Shown here: one piece after another, positions 1 to 9,272 of the stretch
Position numbering within the stretch: position 1 is the stretch's first letter
How the letters are laid out: every line of letters starts with the position of its first letter
Assembly (NCBI GenBank): GCA_041690135.1
Contig: JAWLHY010000014.1
Location: 78,150 to 142,149, forward strand
From: Armatimonadota bacterium
Lineage (GTDB): Bacteria > Armatimonadota > SYMT01
DNA: 64,000 nt
Direction of reading: 5' to 3'
Translations under genes and position numbers: made by a program
Notes under the pieces: model-generated
Database searches by the model: none
What the model was told of the DNA's origin: nothing
Seen by the model: the letters and a program-made list of their open reading frames with translations, nothing else

Positions 1-100
1 CACCTTCCTGTCTACCGGCGAGCGCGAGGAGCTCCTGCGCTCCGGGCTGGAGGCGGTCGACCTGGGAGCCGCGCCCCGCGGCGGGACCAGGTCCCTGGAA

Positions 101-307
101 ACGAGGCGTTGGAAACGCCTCGCTGGGTTCGCGTCCTCGCGGACGCTCCGTAAACAAGAGCCGTATTGGTCCCCTATACGTCCGCAAGGACGGCCCCGGC
201 CAGCGAGGGATTTTCCAATCCCTCCACTCGGCCCAGCCTGTCGGATCGTGTATCGGGCACCGCGTCCGCGAGGACGCCCCGGGCAGCGAGGGATTTCCAA
301 TCCCTCG
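101..307. repeat. Three REP-like palindromic units (one inverted at 101-145, two direct at 179-224 and 263-307)
   Basis: Shared pattern CGTCCGC(A/G)AGGACG...CAGCGAGG(G/C)..TTTCCAA..CCTC; each unit ends in a small hairpin such as GAGGGAT-ttcca-ATCCCTC. Confidence 0.7.
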
Positions 308-559
308 ACTGATCACGGAGAGGTTTCCCCAAAGCGAGCGCGAAAAACTCCTGGGAGCGGCCCGGTTCTCCAAGACGTCGCAGCCTCCTGCCGTGGCGCT
401 GCGTGTTGTGAACCGCCTAGCCGTCGGATCAACGCTCCTATCCCGTGTGGATCGTATCCTCTCAGCATCCCTGACAGTGCAGTCCCTGCGGCGATACCTA
501 TAGAACCAACGGAGGAGCCGCAAGCAGTAACGGCGTGGCCTGCGGTGACGAGGAAAGCA

Positions 560-1807
560 ATGTATAACGACGATCTACTGGACGAACAGGTCTACCGCGA
601 GGCCCGAACGGATGAAGAGATCTGGCGGCAGGCCCGCGCGGCGGGAGTCTCGCGCCGGCGGTTCCTGCAGTTGCTGGCCGCGGGGGCCGGTGCTTTTGCC
701 TCCGGAAGCCTGCTGCGTCCGGGCTACGCTCAGGCCGGGAAGACGCCGCCGCTCGTCAAGACCACGCCGCCCCACCTGTTCTACACCCTGGGGACCAACC
801 GGGAGATGCGCTGGGAAGCGATGTACGGGCGGGGCTACCTGGTTCCCAACGAGCTGTTCTTCGTCCGCAACCACACCACCACGCCGCGCCTCTCCGCGGA
901 CGACTGGAAGCTCCGCATCCACGGATCGGGCGTGTCGGAGCCGCGCACCTTCACCTATGCGGACCTCACCGCCATGCCCTCGGTCTCGGTGATCAAAGCG
1001 CTGGAGTGTACCGGCAACGCGCGGAGCTTCTTCCAGCAGGCGCACGGTAAGAAGGCGGACGGTACCCAGTGGAAGCTGGGCGCAATCGGCGTGGCGGAGT
1101 GGACCGGCGTCCCGCTGCGGGCGGTGCTGGAGCGCGCCGGCGTCAAGCGGAGCGCCCGGGATGTGATGCCCGTAGGCCTCGATGACGAGTGGGTCCGCCG
1201 CCCCATGTCGATCGCCAAGGCGCTGCACGAGGACACGCTGCTGGTCTACGCCATGAATGGCCAAGTGCTGCCCCCGGACCACGGCTACCCCGTCCGCGTG
1301 TTGGTGCCCGGGTGGGCCGGCATCAACAGCATCAAGTGGGTCGGCCGGATCGAGGTCTCGGAAGAGCCGCTCTACTCCCGCTGGAACACCGAGTCCTACG
1401 TGATGATTGGCCCCACCTATAAGCCGACCGCCACCGCCAAGGGCCCCATTGTCACCACGCAGGTGGTGAAGAGCGCCTTCGAGCTTCCCTGGGACGGCCT
1501 GATCCCCGCCGGACCCCGCCTCCTCCGCGGCCGCTCCTGGTCGGCGCTCGGCAAGATCTCCAAAGTGGAGGTCTCCGTCGACGGCGGCCGGACCTGGCAG
1601 CGGGCTCGCCTGCGGGTCCCCAACCTCGAGCAGGCCTGGGTCCGCTGGGACCTCGACTGGAACCCGCGACCCGGCGAGCACCGTCTCCTCGCCCGCGCCA
1701 CCGACAGCCGCGGCCGCACCCAGCCCGCCACGATCCCCTTCAACCAGCAGGGCTACCTCTTCGAAGCCGTCGTGGAACACCCCATTAAAGTCCAGGGATT
1801 GTTGTAA
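560..1807 (+). CDS. Tat-exported sulfite oxidase-family molybdoenzyme (SorA/SoxC-like; Moco and dimerisation domains)
   Basis: SRRRFL twin-arginine motif; FFVRNH, LECTGN (Moco Cys), DHGYPVR and SIKW motifs. Start placed at ATG 560 after AGGAAAG rather than GTG 248. Confidence 0.9.
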   Translation: MYNDDLLDEQVYREARTDEEIWRQARAAGVSRRRFLQLLAAGAGAFASGSLLRPGYAQAGKTPPLVKTTPPHLFYTLGTNREMRWEAMYGRGYLVPNELFFVRNHTTTPRLSADDWKLRIHGSGVSEPRTFTYADLTAMPSVSVIKALECTGNARSFFQQAHGKKADGTQWKLGAIGVAEWTGVPLRAVLERAGVKRSARDVMPVGLDDEWVRRPMSIAKALHEDTLLVYAMNGQVLPPDHGYPVRVLVPGWAGINSIKWVGRIEVSEEPLYSRWNTESYVMIGPTYKPTATAKGPIVTTQVVKSAFELPWDGLIPAGPRLLRGRSWSALGKISKVEVSVDGGRTWQRARLRVPNLEQAWVRWDLDWNPRPGEHRLLARATDSRGRTQPATIPFNQQGYLFEAVVEHPIKVQGLL

Positions 1808-2018
1808 AGCGCGGGTGCAGCCATCGACTTCGGCCATTCGGCTTCGGGTTGATGTGTTATCAGGCGTTAGTCACGATGACGGGCTATAGAGTGCCGGATA
1901 GAGCTTCGCCGTAGCCCAGCCGACGGAGGTCGGCTTCGCTGTTTGTAGCCGGGGCACCCACTTGTGGGTCGTTACTCGCCCAGCCGCTTCCGGCCGACGG
2001 CGCAGGTCTCAAGCCACG

Positions 2019-2462
2019 TTATTTGAACAGCGCCTCCGTCAACACGGCATGCGCCTTTTCCAGCTCCGCCACCTCCCGCTCGACGGCTTCCAGTTCCTCG
2101 GGTGGGAGGTGGCGCCGCATCGGCTCGCAGATGAACGCCGCGCACCCGAACGGTCGGAGGTCCGTCGGAAACGCGCAGCCCTCCTGGCCGAGATAGTCGC
2201 ACATTTCCACCTCGGCCGCCGCGTCTTCGGCCGCTCCGGGCGCGCCGGTCGTGACCACGTCCAGTAACCGGGTGGAAGGCGCGCGGGGCGGGTCCGGCAG
2301 CGAGTAGCCCAACTCCTCCACCAGCACTACGTCCGTGGGCCGGACCCAGTTCGGTTTCCGGCAGCACGGCGTGGTGCAGGTGGGGCAATGCTCAGCGGTA
2401 AACGGTTCGAAAAGCTTGCGAAGTTGGCGTTGAACCTTACGATAGCGGTTGATGGGGTTCAT
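2019..2462 (-). CDS. Cysteine-cluster protein (YkgJ-like CxxCxxxCC, putative Zn/Fe-S binding)
   Basis: CPTCTTPCC, CDYL..GC and RPFGC..FIC motifs; start at MNPINRY (2462). Confidence 0.7.
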   Translation of the reverse strand: MNPINRYRKVQRQLRKLFEPFTAEHCPTCTTPCCRKPNWVRPTDVVLVEELGYSLPDPPRAPSTRLLDVVTTGAPGAAEDAAAEVEMCDYLGQEGCAFPTDLRPFGCAAFICEPMRRHLPPEELEAVEREVAELEKAHAVLTEALFK

Positions 2463-2901
2463 GCGCTGTTGGCCTGTTTCAGACCGCGTTAACTTGCGAG
2501 CCGGTTCCAGGCGCCTGTACTGTTTTGCAGTACGCCCGGAGCCCACCTGGCCAGCCCGTGAGAAGATCGTGGCCGGGGAGAGGGGCGGCTTTCCGGGTGC
2601 GGTATTCCACCGCAGGTGCAGCTTGCATGATCGCAATTACGGACCGCGCTAAAGCGCGTAGCTACAAGCCGGACGGCGACTGCCAACCAGGATTGGGCTG
2701 GAGCGCATGCCTGCGAACCGGTGATTGCAGGCATGCGACCGCAACGTCACTTTACTCGGAAGCGCCCAGAGTTCCCGAGGGTGGGCGGAACCCCAGCCAG
2801 CCACCCCATACCCCTCATGGCAACCGGGGTTCCTAACCTTCAACTTTCAACCTTCCAACCTGCCAACCAAGAACCCCGGAATGGCAAACCGCACCCCGCC
2901 A

Positions 2902-3423
2902 TCAGAACATAGGGGCGGTGCTCCGCAGCCAGGTATTGATCTGGCGACAGAGGTCGTCCCCTTCCTTCCCCAGCATGCGGCGCAGTTCGCGCTGGTCGAT
3001 CTTCAGGAGCATGTTGCGGGTCTTCTTCACCTCATGGCGACCGCGGGCGATCCGGGCTTCCCGCAGCAGGCTGTGAACGTTGGCCTGGAGGCGTTCCCGC
3101 TCCTCCCGCTTGCGCTCTCGGCGGTAGCTCACCGGGCGGGAGATGGTGTCGGTAACGGCATTTTCTTCCATGAAGCGCCGCACGTTCTCCCGGCGGAAAA
3201 CGTTATCGCCGCGGCGCTCCTCTTCCTGCATCTCGCGCATCACCTCGGCGGTCGACCGGATGCTGGCGAGAATGAACTGCAGCGGCATGTGGCGCTGCTG
3301 CATGTCGAGGGCGATCTGTCGGAGGCGCTCCTGGTCGGCTGGAGCGAGTTGTTCGAAGTAAGGAATGATCTGCTCGATCAGGGAGTCCAGTCCGCGAGTC
3401 TGTTCCGGATCTCTCGTTTCCAT
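2902..3423 (-). CDS. Hypothetical helical charged protein
   Basis: 173-aa ORF with coding-like codon usage and GAGGG upstream of the ATG. Confidence 0.7.
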   Translation of the reverse strand: METRDPEQTRGLDSLIEQIIPYFEQLAPADQERLRQIALDMQQRHMPLQFILASIRSTAEVMREMQEEERRGDNVFRRENVRRFMEENAVTDTISRPVSYRRERKREERERLQANVHSLLREARIARGRHEVKKTRNMLLKIDQRELRRMLGKEGDDLCRQINTWLRSTAPMF

Positions 3424-3629
3424 GTACCCTCACTGCTGACTAAGGAGGAAGAAAGCTCCTACAGTACCTATTCTAAACGCAGATATAGGTTTTGCCCGCT
3501 CCTCTGCTTAAGTCATTTCCGGAAACGCGAGAGACCAAACAGGGATGCCTGGAATGTGGCAATTCCCTCGAAAAGAAGGGCGAAATCGGGAACCAAACGC
3601 CGATTCCGGGGGAGGGGAAGGGGCATGCC

Positions 3630-3658
3630 TTGCAGGGAAATCCTACTCTTGTTATAAT
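3630..3658 (+). promoter_or_regulatory. sigma70-type promoter
   Basis: TTGCAG-N17-TATAAT with extended -10 TG, conspicuous in high-GC DNA. Confidence 0.7.
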
Positions 3659-3664
3659 CCGGCC

Positions 3665-3823
3665 AAGAGTTGACCTGCTTTCGGTGGAGGCGCCTGCCCC
3701 CACAGAAGGCGGAACAGCCAACAATAGCGCGGGAAGCTGCACCCGGGTCCGCCGGAAATAAAATCCGGCTCGACCGCCCGGCGCAGCGCCCCACGAAGAG
3801 CCATGCAGAAGGTCTAACAGGTC
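3665..3823 (+). ncRNA. Candidate 6S-like rod-shaped RNA
   Basis: Starts just after the sigma70 promoter. 5' GCTTTCGGTGGAGGCGCCTGCC pairs with 3' GGCGCAGCGCCCCACGAAGAGC; inner stem GGCGGA/TCCGCC; A-rich central bubble. Folded by eye only. Confidence 0.45.
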
Positions 3824-3920
3824 TGGTCCTCCCGCCTGGAGGCGCAGAGCGACCTGGCTGCATTTAGTAACGACACTATTAAACGGTGCACGGCCCCGGC
3901 AAGGTTCCTCGAATGTGCTG

Positions 3921-3946
3921 GGAACCGGCCCCTGCACCCGTGCGTA
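3921..3946 (+). promoter_or_regulatory. Putative ECF-sigma promoter (autoregulatory)
   Basis: GGAAC-N17-CGTA just upstream of the ECF sigma gene; resembles SigW/SigH/SigR-type consensus. Confidence 0.6.
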
Positions 3947-3965
3947 GAGATTGTTAGAGGTCAAC

Positions 3966-4544
3966 GTGTCTACTACTCATTCATCGGTGGTGACCCAGCC
4001 CGTTGCAGTGCCGAAAGACCGCACCCTGAGTGCGGACGATCGGAAAGTCTTCGAAGAGCTTGCGGCTCGACACTACCGGCAGGCCTACCACATTGCCTAC
4101 CGGATGACGGGCAGCCACGCCGGCGCCGAAGACCTGACGCAAGAAGCTATGGTCCGGGCCTTCCAGTCATTCCACCGCTACCGCCGCGACCTTCCCTTCG
4201 CAAACTGGCTCTATCGAATTATTGTAAATCTCCATATTGATGAGCTGCGACGCCGCCCCAAGGCCTGGATCGATTCCGTCGAAGATATGGCGGGCCTCCA
4301 CGAGCTCCCCGACGTCAACAGCGACCCCTCCGATCTGGTGTTAAGCCAGGAAATCGATACCACTCTCCAACAAGCCTTGAACTCTCTGCCCAAGGAGTTC
4401 CGCACCGCCGTTGTGCTGTGCGACATCGAGGGCCTTTCTTACGAAGAAATTGCCGCGGTTATGCGGTGCTCCATCGGCACCGTGCGTTCTCGGATCCACC
4501 GCGGTCGGAATCAATTGCGACGTTACCTGGGCGTAACCCAGTAG
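3966..4544 (+). CDS. ECF RNA polymerase sigma factor (RpoE/SigW-like)
   Basis: Region 2 AEDLTQEA..F..WLYRI..N; region 4 EGLSYEEIA....IGTVRSRIHRGR; GTG start after AGAGG. Confidence 0.93.
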   Translation: MSTTHSSVVTQPVAVPKDRTLSADDRKVFEELAARHYRQAYHIAYRMTGSHAGAEDLTQEAMVRAFQSFHRYRRDLPFANWLYRIIVNLHIDELRRRPKAWIDSVEDMAGLHELPDVNSDPSDLVLSQEIDTTLQQALNSLPKEFRTAVVLCDIEGLSYEEIAAVMRCSIGTVRSRIHRGRNQLRRYLGVTQ

Positions 4545-4629
4545 CGCGTTTAGATCCGCCCGGCCGAAGCGCAAAATAGACTGCGGGAGTTTCTCTCCCA
4601 TCCTCACAAGCGCACAAGGAGCCCTCTGG

Positions 4630-5439
4630 ATGCTTTGTAGCCGGGTCCAGAACCAGTTGTCCGCCTATTCGGACGGCGAGCTAACGGGCGTCGAAATGCT
4701 GGAAATTCGCCAGCATCTAGACGCCTGTGACACCTGTCGCCAGGAGCACGAGCAGCTCGTCCGGGTCAAGCGCCTCTTCAGCGCGCTGGCGGACGCCCAG
4801 CCTCCGCGGCAGTTCGATCCCGACATCCTGGATCGCGCTCCCCGACCTCGCTATTCCTGGTTCCGCACCCACGTGCTCTCGCGCTGCGAGGACGCCTGGT
4901 ACACGTTGGAAGATCGGGCCTTTGGCGCGTTTTTCGCCGCCCGGGACTGCGTGCGGGCATGGCTTGCCCGTCCCGCGCAGGTGCGTCGCGGCCTGGCCAA
5001 CTGCGCCACCGCGGCGGTGCTCGCTTCCTGCGCCTTTATGGCCGGCGCGCTCCAGCGCCCGCAGCACGCCGATGCCGTGAACGCCCGCCTTTCCGAGGCG
5101 ATTGCCGTTGGCCAGGTCGAGGATCCGGGCGTGGCGGTCTTTGCCGGCACCCGGGTGCTGCGGCCGGTCTCCCGCGAGACCGTGTCGCCACTGCCGCCGG
5201 CGTACATCCACCCCGGCGAGGGGACGCCCATCGACCGGAGCGATCTTCCCGTAGCCGCTTCGGCGCCTCCACTGCGCGCGCTGGTTCCGGATCGCGACGT
5301 GCGGACCCTGTACCCGGCCGATCCGGCATTCCCGGGCGAAGAGGAGCTTCCCGTAACACGCCCCTTCCGCCGTCTGCCGGCGGAGCGGGTGACCCTGGTG
5401 CGCTACCAGGGAAGCGGCTTCGGCTCCTTCTCCCGCTAG
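4630..5439 (+). CDS. Zinc-finger (zf-HC2/ZAS) anti-sigma factor
   Basis: N-terminal LSAYSDGEL...HLDACDTC (HxxxCxxC); central hydrophobic segment; directly downstream of the ECF sigma. Confidence 0.85.
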   Translation: MLCSRVQNQLSAYSDGELTGVEMLEIRQHLDACDTCRQEHEQLVRVKRLFSALADAQPPRQFDPDILDRAPRPRYSWFRTHVLSRCEDAWYTLEDRAFGAFFAARDCVRAWLARPAQVRRGLANCATAAVLASCAFMAGALQRPQHADAVNARLSEAIAVGQVEDPGVAVFAGTRVLRPVSRETVSPLPPAYIHPGEGTPIDRSDLPVAASAPPLRALVPDRDVRTLYPADPAFPGEEELPVTRPFRRLPAERVTLVRYQGSGFGSFSR

Positions 5440-5473
5440 CGGCCTATTCCACGAAAGTTGGAGAGCAGAGCCC

Positions 5474-5501
5474 GGAACTAAGACCCCCGAATGAGGGTCT
5501 A
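5474..5501 (+). promoter_or_regulatory. Putative ECF-sigma promoter for htrA
   Basis: GGAAC-N18-GTCTA, same GGAAC-to-GT spacing as the motif at 3921. Confidence 0.45.
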
Positions 5502-5602
5502 TTAGATTGGTAGTACGACATGCGCCTCTTCCCGCGTCTATGCTGTAGGGTAGAGGTTACTTGAAAATGCCACCCCAACCTTGGGGAGGAGAACGGCCAG
5601 AG

Positions 5603-7153
5603 ATGAATTCCCTCAGGCAACTGTTAACGGCGAAGGGCAGCAACTGGGCGATCGTGTTATTGAGCGGTTCACTGATCGCCGTCGCCTTCAGCAACTGGAC
5701 CCGTCCGGCTCCGGTGTCCGCCCAGGGGGCGGGTGGGGCGCGCACACAGATGACGGGTGAGTCGAAGCGCGTCCTCAACGCTCTGCAGGATGCCTTTGTC
5801 AATATCGCGGAAACGGTGGAGCCCACGGTGGTCACCATTTCCGCCAAAGCGGAAACCGCCCCGCGGCGCCCTGCGGCGCCGATGCAGGACGAACCGGATA
5901 TTCCCGACCCGCTGCGGGACTTCCGCGACTTTTTCCGCCGCGCTCCCATGCCGGACGGGCCGCGGGGCCAGGGACCTTCCACCGGCTCCGGCGTCATCAT
6001 CCGCGAGAACGGCGATACGGTTTACGTCCTCACGAACAACCACGTGGTTGAGGGCCGGGACAAGTTCCGCGTGAGCATGCTGGACAAGACGGAGTACACC
6101 GGCGAGCTGGTGGGCACGGATGAGCGCTCCGACCTGGCGGTGCTCAAGTTCCGCGCCACTCGCGGACTGCCCGCGGGCAGCATTGCCCGCCTCGGGAACA
6201 GCGACTCCGTGAAGGCCGGCCAGTGGGCCATCGCCATCGGCAGCCCGCTCGGTTACGAGTCCACCCTCACGGTCGGCGTGATCAGCGCCAAGGGCCGCGA
6301 GTTGAACGGCCTGAGCCGGACCGCCAACTACGTGGATCTGATCCAGACCGACGCCTCGATCAATCCCGGCAACAGTGGCGGACCGCTGGTGAACATCGAT
6401 GGCGAAGTCATCGGCATCAATGTGGCCATCGCGGCCCCGTTCGGCGGCAACGGCAGCATCGGCATCGGCTTCGCCATCCCGTCCAACATGGCCCGGATGG
6501 TCGCCGATCAGCTCATCGAGAAGGGTAAGGTCACCCGCGGCTTCCTGGGCGTGGGCACCGACAAGCGCGAGTTGCCACAGGAACTGCGCGATCTGCTGAA
6601 GGTTCCGAACGGCGGCGCCCTCTGTGAAACGGTGACCCCCGGCGCTCCGGCCGACCGCGCCGGTGTGAAGGAAGGCGACGTCATCGTCCAGTTCGGCGAC
6701 CGTGAGGTCCGCAGCTTCACCGATCTGGAGAAGGCCGTGGCCGCCACCAAGCCTGGCTCCGCGGTGCCGGTCGAGGTGGTCCGCGACGGCAAGCCGGTGC
6801 GGCTGCGCATCACGGTGACCGAGCGGCCGGATGAGAAGGCGCTGCTGAGCGGCGGTAAGCCCGAGGGTACTCTCAAGCCGGAAGCGCCCGCGCCTCCCAA
6901 GGAGATCCCCAGCAAGTTCGGTCTGACGGTCCGCCCCGGTACGGGCGGCGTGGAGATCGCCAGCGTGGCCCCCGGTAGCGCGGCGTTCGAAGCCGGTCTG
7001 GCGGCGGGTCTCACCGTGACCCATGTCGGCAACACCGCCACTCCCACCGTCGAAGCCTTCCAGAAGGCGCTTAACGGGGCGGGCAAGGATAAGGGCGTGG
7101 TGCTTAAGGTCAAGACCCCCACGGGCAACCGCTTCGTGGTCGTCCGCCCGTAA
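5603..7153 (+). CDS. htrA: HtrA/DegP (Do family) serine protease with two PDZ domains
   Basis: TNNHVV, DLAV and IQTDASINPGNSGGPL catalytic motifs; N-terminal signal/anchor; PDZ repeats. Confidence 0.95.
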   Translation: MNSLRQLLTAKGSNWAIVLLSGSLIAVAFSNWTRPAPVSAQGAGGARTQMTGESKRVLNALQDAFVNIAETVEPTVVTISAKAETAPRRPAAPMQDEPDIPDPLRDFRDFFRRAPMPDGPRGQGPSTGSGVIIRENGDTVYVLTNNHVVEGRDKFRVSMLDKTEYTGELVGTDERSDLAVLKFRATRGLPAGSIARLGNSDSVKAGQWAIAIGSPLGYESTLTVGVISAKGRELNGLSRTANYVDLIQTDASINPGNSGGPLVNIDGEVIGINVAIAAPFGGNGSIGIGFAIPSNMARMVADQLIEKGKVTRGFLGVGTDKRELPQELRDLLKVPNGGALCETVTPGAPADRAGVKEGDVIVQFGDREVRSFTDLEKAVAATKPGSAVPVEVVRDGKPVRLRITVTERPDEKALLSGGKPEGTLKPEAPAPPKEIPSKFGLTVRPGTGGVEIASVAPGSAAFEAGLAAGLTVTHVGNTATPTVEAFQKALNGAGKDKGVVLKVKTPTGNRFVVVRP

Positions 7154-7178
7154 GCACGAACCCCACAGGCTCCCTTCG

Positions 7179-7211
7179 AGAACCGCCGGGCTTGTTGGCC
7201 CGGCGGTTCTT
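7179..7211 (+). terminator. Hairpin after htrA
   Basis: AGAACCGCCGGGC-ttgttg-GCCCGGCGGTTCT; weak U-tract. Confidence 0.6.
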
Positions 7212-7260
7212 CACGTACTCCAGGAAATATCCCGCACAGGCAGTGATTGGAGGATTCGCG

Positions 7261-7800
7261 TTGCTTCCGCTGGATAGCCCCCGCTGGATGGAGTTGACTA
7301 CGTTCTTCGACCGCTCCCAAGAACTACCCTTGCTGGTGGAGCGATGGTATGTCTCCGTTGGGCATGACACGGCTGGTGAGGCCTGGTCCGAGGTCCAGAC
7401 CGAAATACTTCACCAGTTCTCGACTATTGATGCTGCATATGCCGTTAGCCCGTACCTGGCGGATGCACTCCATAAGGCCTCGCCCACAGAGCGTCTCATT
7501 TACCTCGTGGATCTGGGCCTCATAGAAGCTGCCCGGCAAACTGAAGGTCCGTTACCTCCGGACGACCTCATCGCCGATTATCAGCAGGCGATCGTTATTG
7601 CCCGGCACGCGGTGCTTGCAGACATCCGCGTCGGCGTGGAAGCTTCAGAGTTCCGCTACTACCTCACAACCATCGCGAACCTGTTCGGGCACCCCAAGCT
7701 AGGGGACCTGCTCTTCAACCTCGGCTGTATCGAAGCTCAATGCCCACAGTGTGGTGCCTGGGCTTACCCTGAAGAGATCCAGAAATCGGGGTATGTCTAG
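7261..7800 (+). CDS. Hypothetical protein with C-terminal CxxC (Zn ribbon-like)
   Basis: GGAGG then TTG start (MLPLDSPRW); CPQCG near the C-terminus; lower GC than neighbours. Confidence 0.65.
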   Translation: MLPLDSPRWMELTTFFDRSQELPLLVERWYVSVGHDTAGEAWSEVQTEILHQFSTIDAAYAVSPYLADALHKASPTERLIYLVDLGLIEAARQTEGPLPPDDLIADYQQAIVIARHAVLADIRVGVEASEFRYYLTTIANLFGHPKLGDLLFNLGCIEAQCPQCGAWAYPEEIQKSGYV

Positions 7801-7823
7801 CTTGGGCAGAGAGAACTCCACCC

Positions 7824-8549
7824 ATGGCCACGAACGAAGAGATCCGCTCCGCACAACAGCAATGGCTGGAGGCCGTTGCATCCGGCCGCGATGTGGCCGC
7901 GCACGCCGAAACTGCGTTCCAGGGCTGTCGGGCGGCGATCCTCCAGTTGGAGGCCGGCTACCGGGCGCTGGACTATCCGGTCCGGAACTTCCTCCATCCC
8001 CTTCCCGCCGGCTACGAGGCCGGGGTCGCCGCTCTGGAGGCGCATACCGGCATACCGGTCCCGGAGGTGGTCCGGGTGTTCTGGCGGGTAGTGGGGGGCG
8101 CTTCCTTCGTGGACCTGGAACAGTACCGCCACGACGCCTATTGGACCGGGCGCGGCATCACGGGCCGGGATTACTGCTGCGACGGTTTCCACATCGACGG
8201 GTGTGATGAAGGGTGGCTGGAATACACGCGAGAAACCTTCGACGCCTACCGCGAGGATAATGCCGTAGACCTCTTCCGCTACGGATTGTCGCCCGATGGA
8301 TACCATAAGGACGACATCAGCGGCAGCGACCCTTACGCGGTAGGGCGCAACGATCCCTGGGTCCCGACGTGGGAGAACTTCCAGTGGTCCGGCTACCGCC
8401 ACCCCGAAACGGCCGGCCCGGATCCCACGGATTTCCTGGGTTACATTCGGACCGCCCTCCTGGAATGCGCCGGCTTCCCCGGCTTGCTCGGCCACCCCGA
8501 TTTCGAACCGATCCGTCTCCGCCTCACCACCGACCTCCCGGTCTTCTAG
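7824..8549 (+). CDS. Hypothetical protein, SMI1/KNR4-like segment
   Basis: LEAHTGIPVPEVVRVFW resembles the SUKH/SMI1 N-terminal pattern; PDGYHKDDISG motif. Confidence 0.6.
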   Translation: MATNEEIRSAQQQWLEAVASGRDVAAHAETAFQGCRAAILQLEAGYRALDYPVRNFLHPLPAGYEAGVAALEAHTGIPVPEVVRVFWRVVGGASFVDLEQYRHDAYWTGRGITGRDYCCDGFHIDGCDEGWLEYTRETFDAYREDNAVDLFRYGLSPDGYHKDDISGSDPYAVGRNDPWVPTWENFQWSGYRHPETAGPDPTDFLGYIRTALLECAGFPGLLGHPDFEPIRLRLTTDLPVF

Positions 8550-8743
8550 CGGGCTCCCTTACTCCTACTCTTGCTCTTACTCCTACTCGCCCCTACCGCC
8601 CCACCCATCCACATCAATCTGTGAGCTGCGGCTATAGTACTCATCTCCGGTCCACCACTCACCACGCCACCACTCACCAAGAAGTGAGGTTGGAAATCCC
8701 GTCGCACGGGGTAATCACACCGGGGAATTGAGAGGAGGCAGGC

Positions 8744-8962
8744 ATGAAGGGGAAGGATCAGGATCAGCTCGCGGATGATGCGGTCGCGCTTGCGGCCCGG
8801 CGGCCGGAGGAGACCGAAGACGTGGAAGAAACCCTCCACGTGGTCGAAATGCCGGGACCGCCGGACGAAGACCCGATCCGCGAGTCGATCATCACGGACG
8901 ACTGGGGCCGTTCCATGGAGGAGCCGCACCGCGAAACCGAGGTACCGGGCCTGGTGCCTTGA
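8744..8962 (+). CDS. Small acidic hypothetical protein
   Basis: Strong RBS AGGAGG; followed by a terminator-like hairpin. Confidence 0.6.
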   Translation: MKGKDQDQLADDAVALAARRPEETEDVEETLHVVEMPGPPDEDPIRESIITDDWGRSMEEPHRETEVPGLVP

Positions 8963-8976
8963 AACAACAGGGGCCG

Positions 8977-9018
8977 CGCTCTCTGCGGGAGCTTGCTACG
9001 TAACTCCCGCAGAGAGCG
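8977..9018. terminator. Hairpin between convergent genes
   Basis: CGCTCTCTGCGGGAG...CTCCCGCAGAGAGCG. Confidence 0.6.
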
Positions 9019-9272
9019 AACCCACCACGGAGCTCACGAGCTTGGCCGTTTGGGAGAGCGCGGAGACACGGACTGCCCCTGTTTCTTCTCCGTGATCTTC
9101 GTGTTCTCTGTGGTGACGGCGTCGGCGGAGACCTCGTCACTCCTGATCGGAGCAGTAAGCCCTCGCGCTCACCTCGCCGAACGTTTAAGCCCAGGCCGTG
9201 CAAGCGAGCCCACTCCTGCCCCAGCACCGATCCTTATCCTAATCGTAGTCCTGGTCCTAATCCGGAACACGG

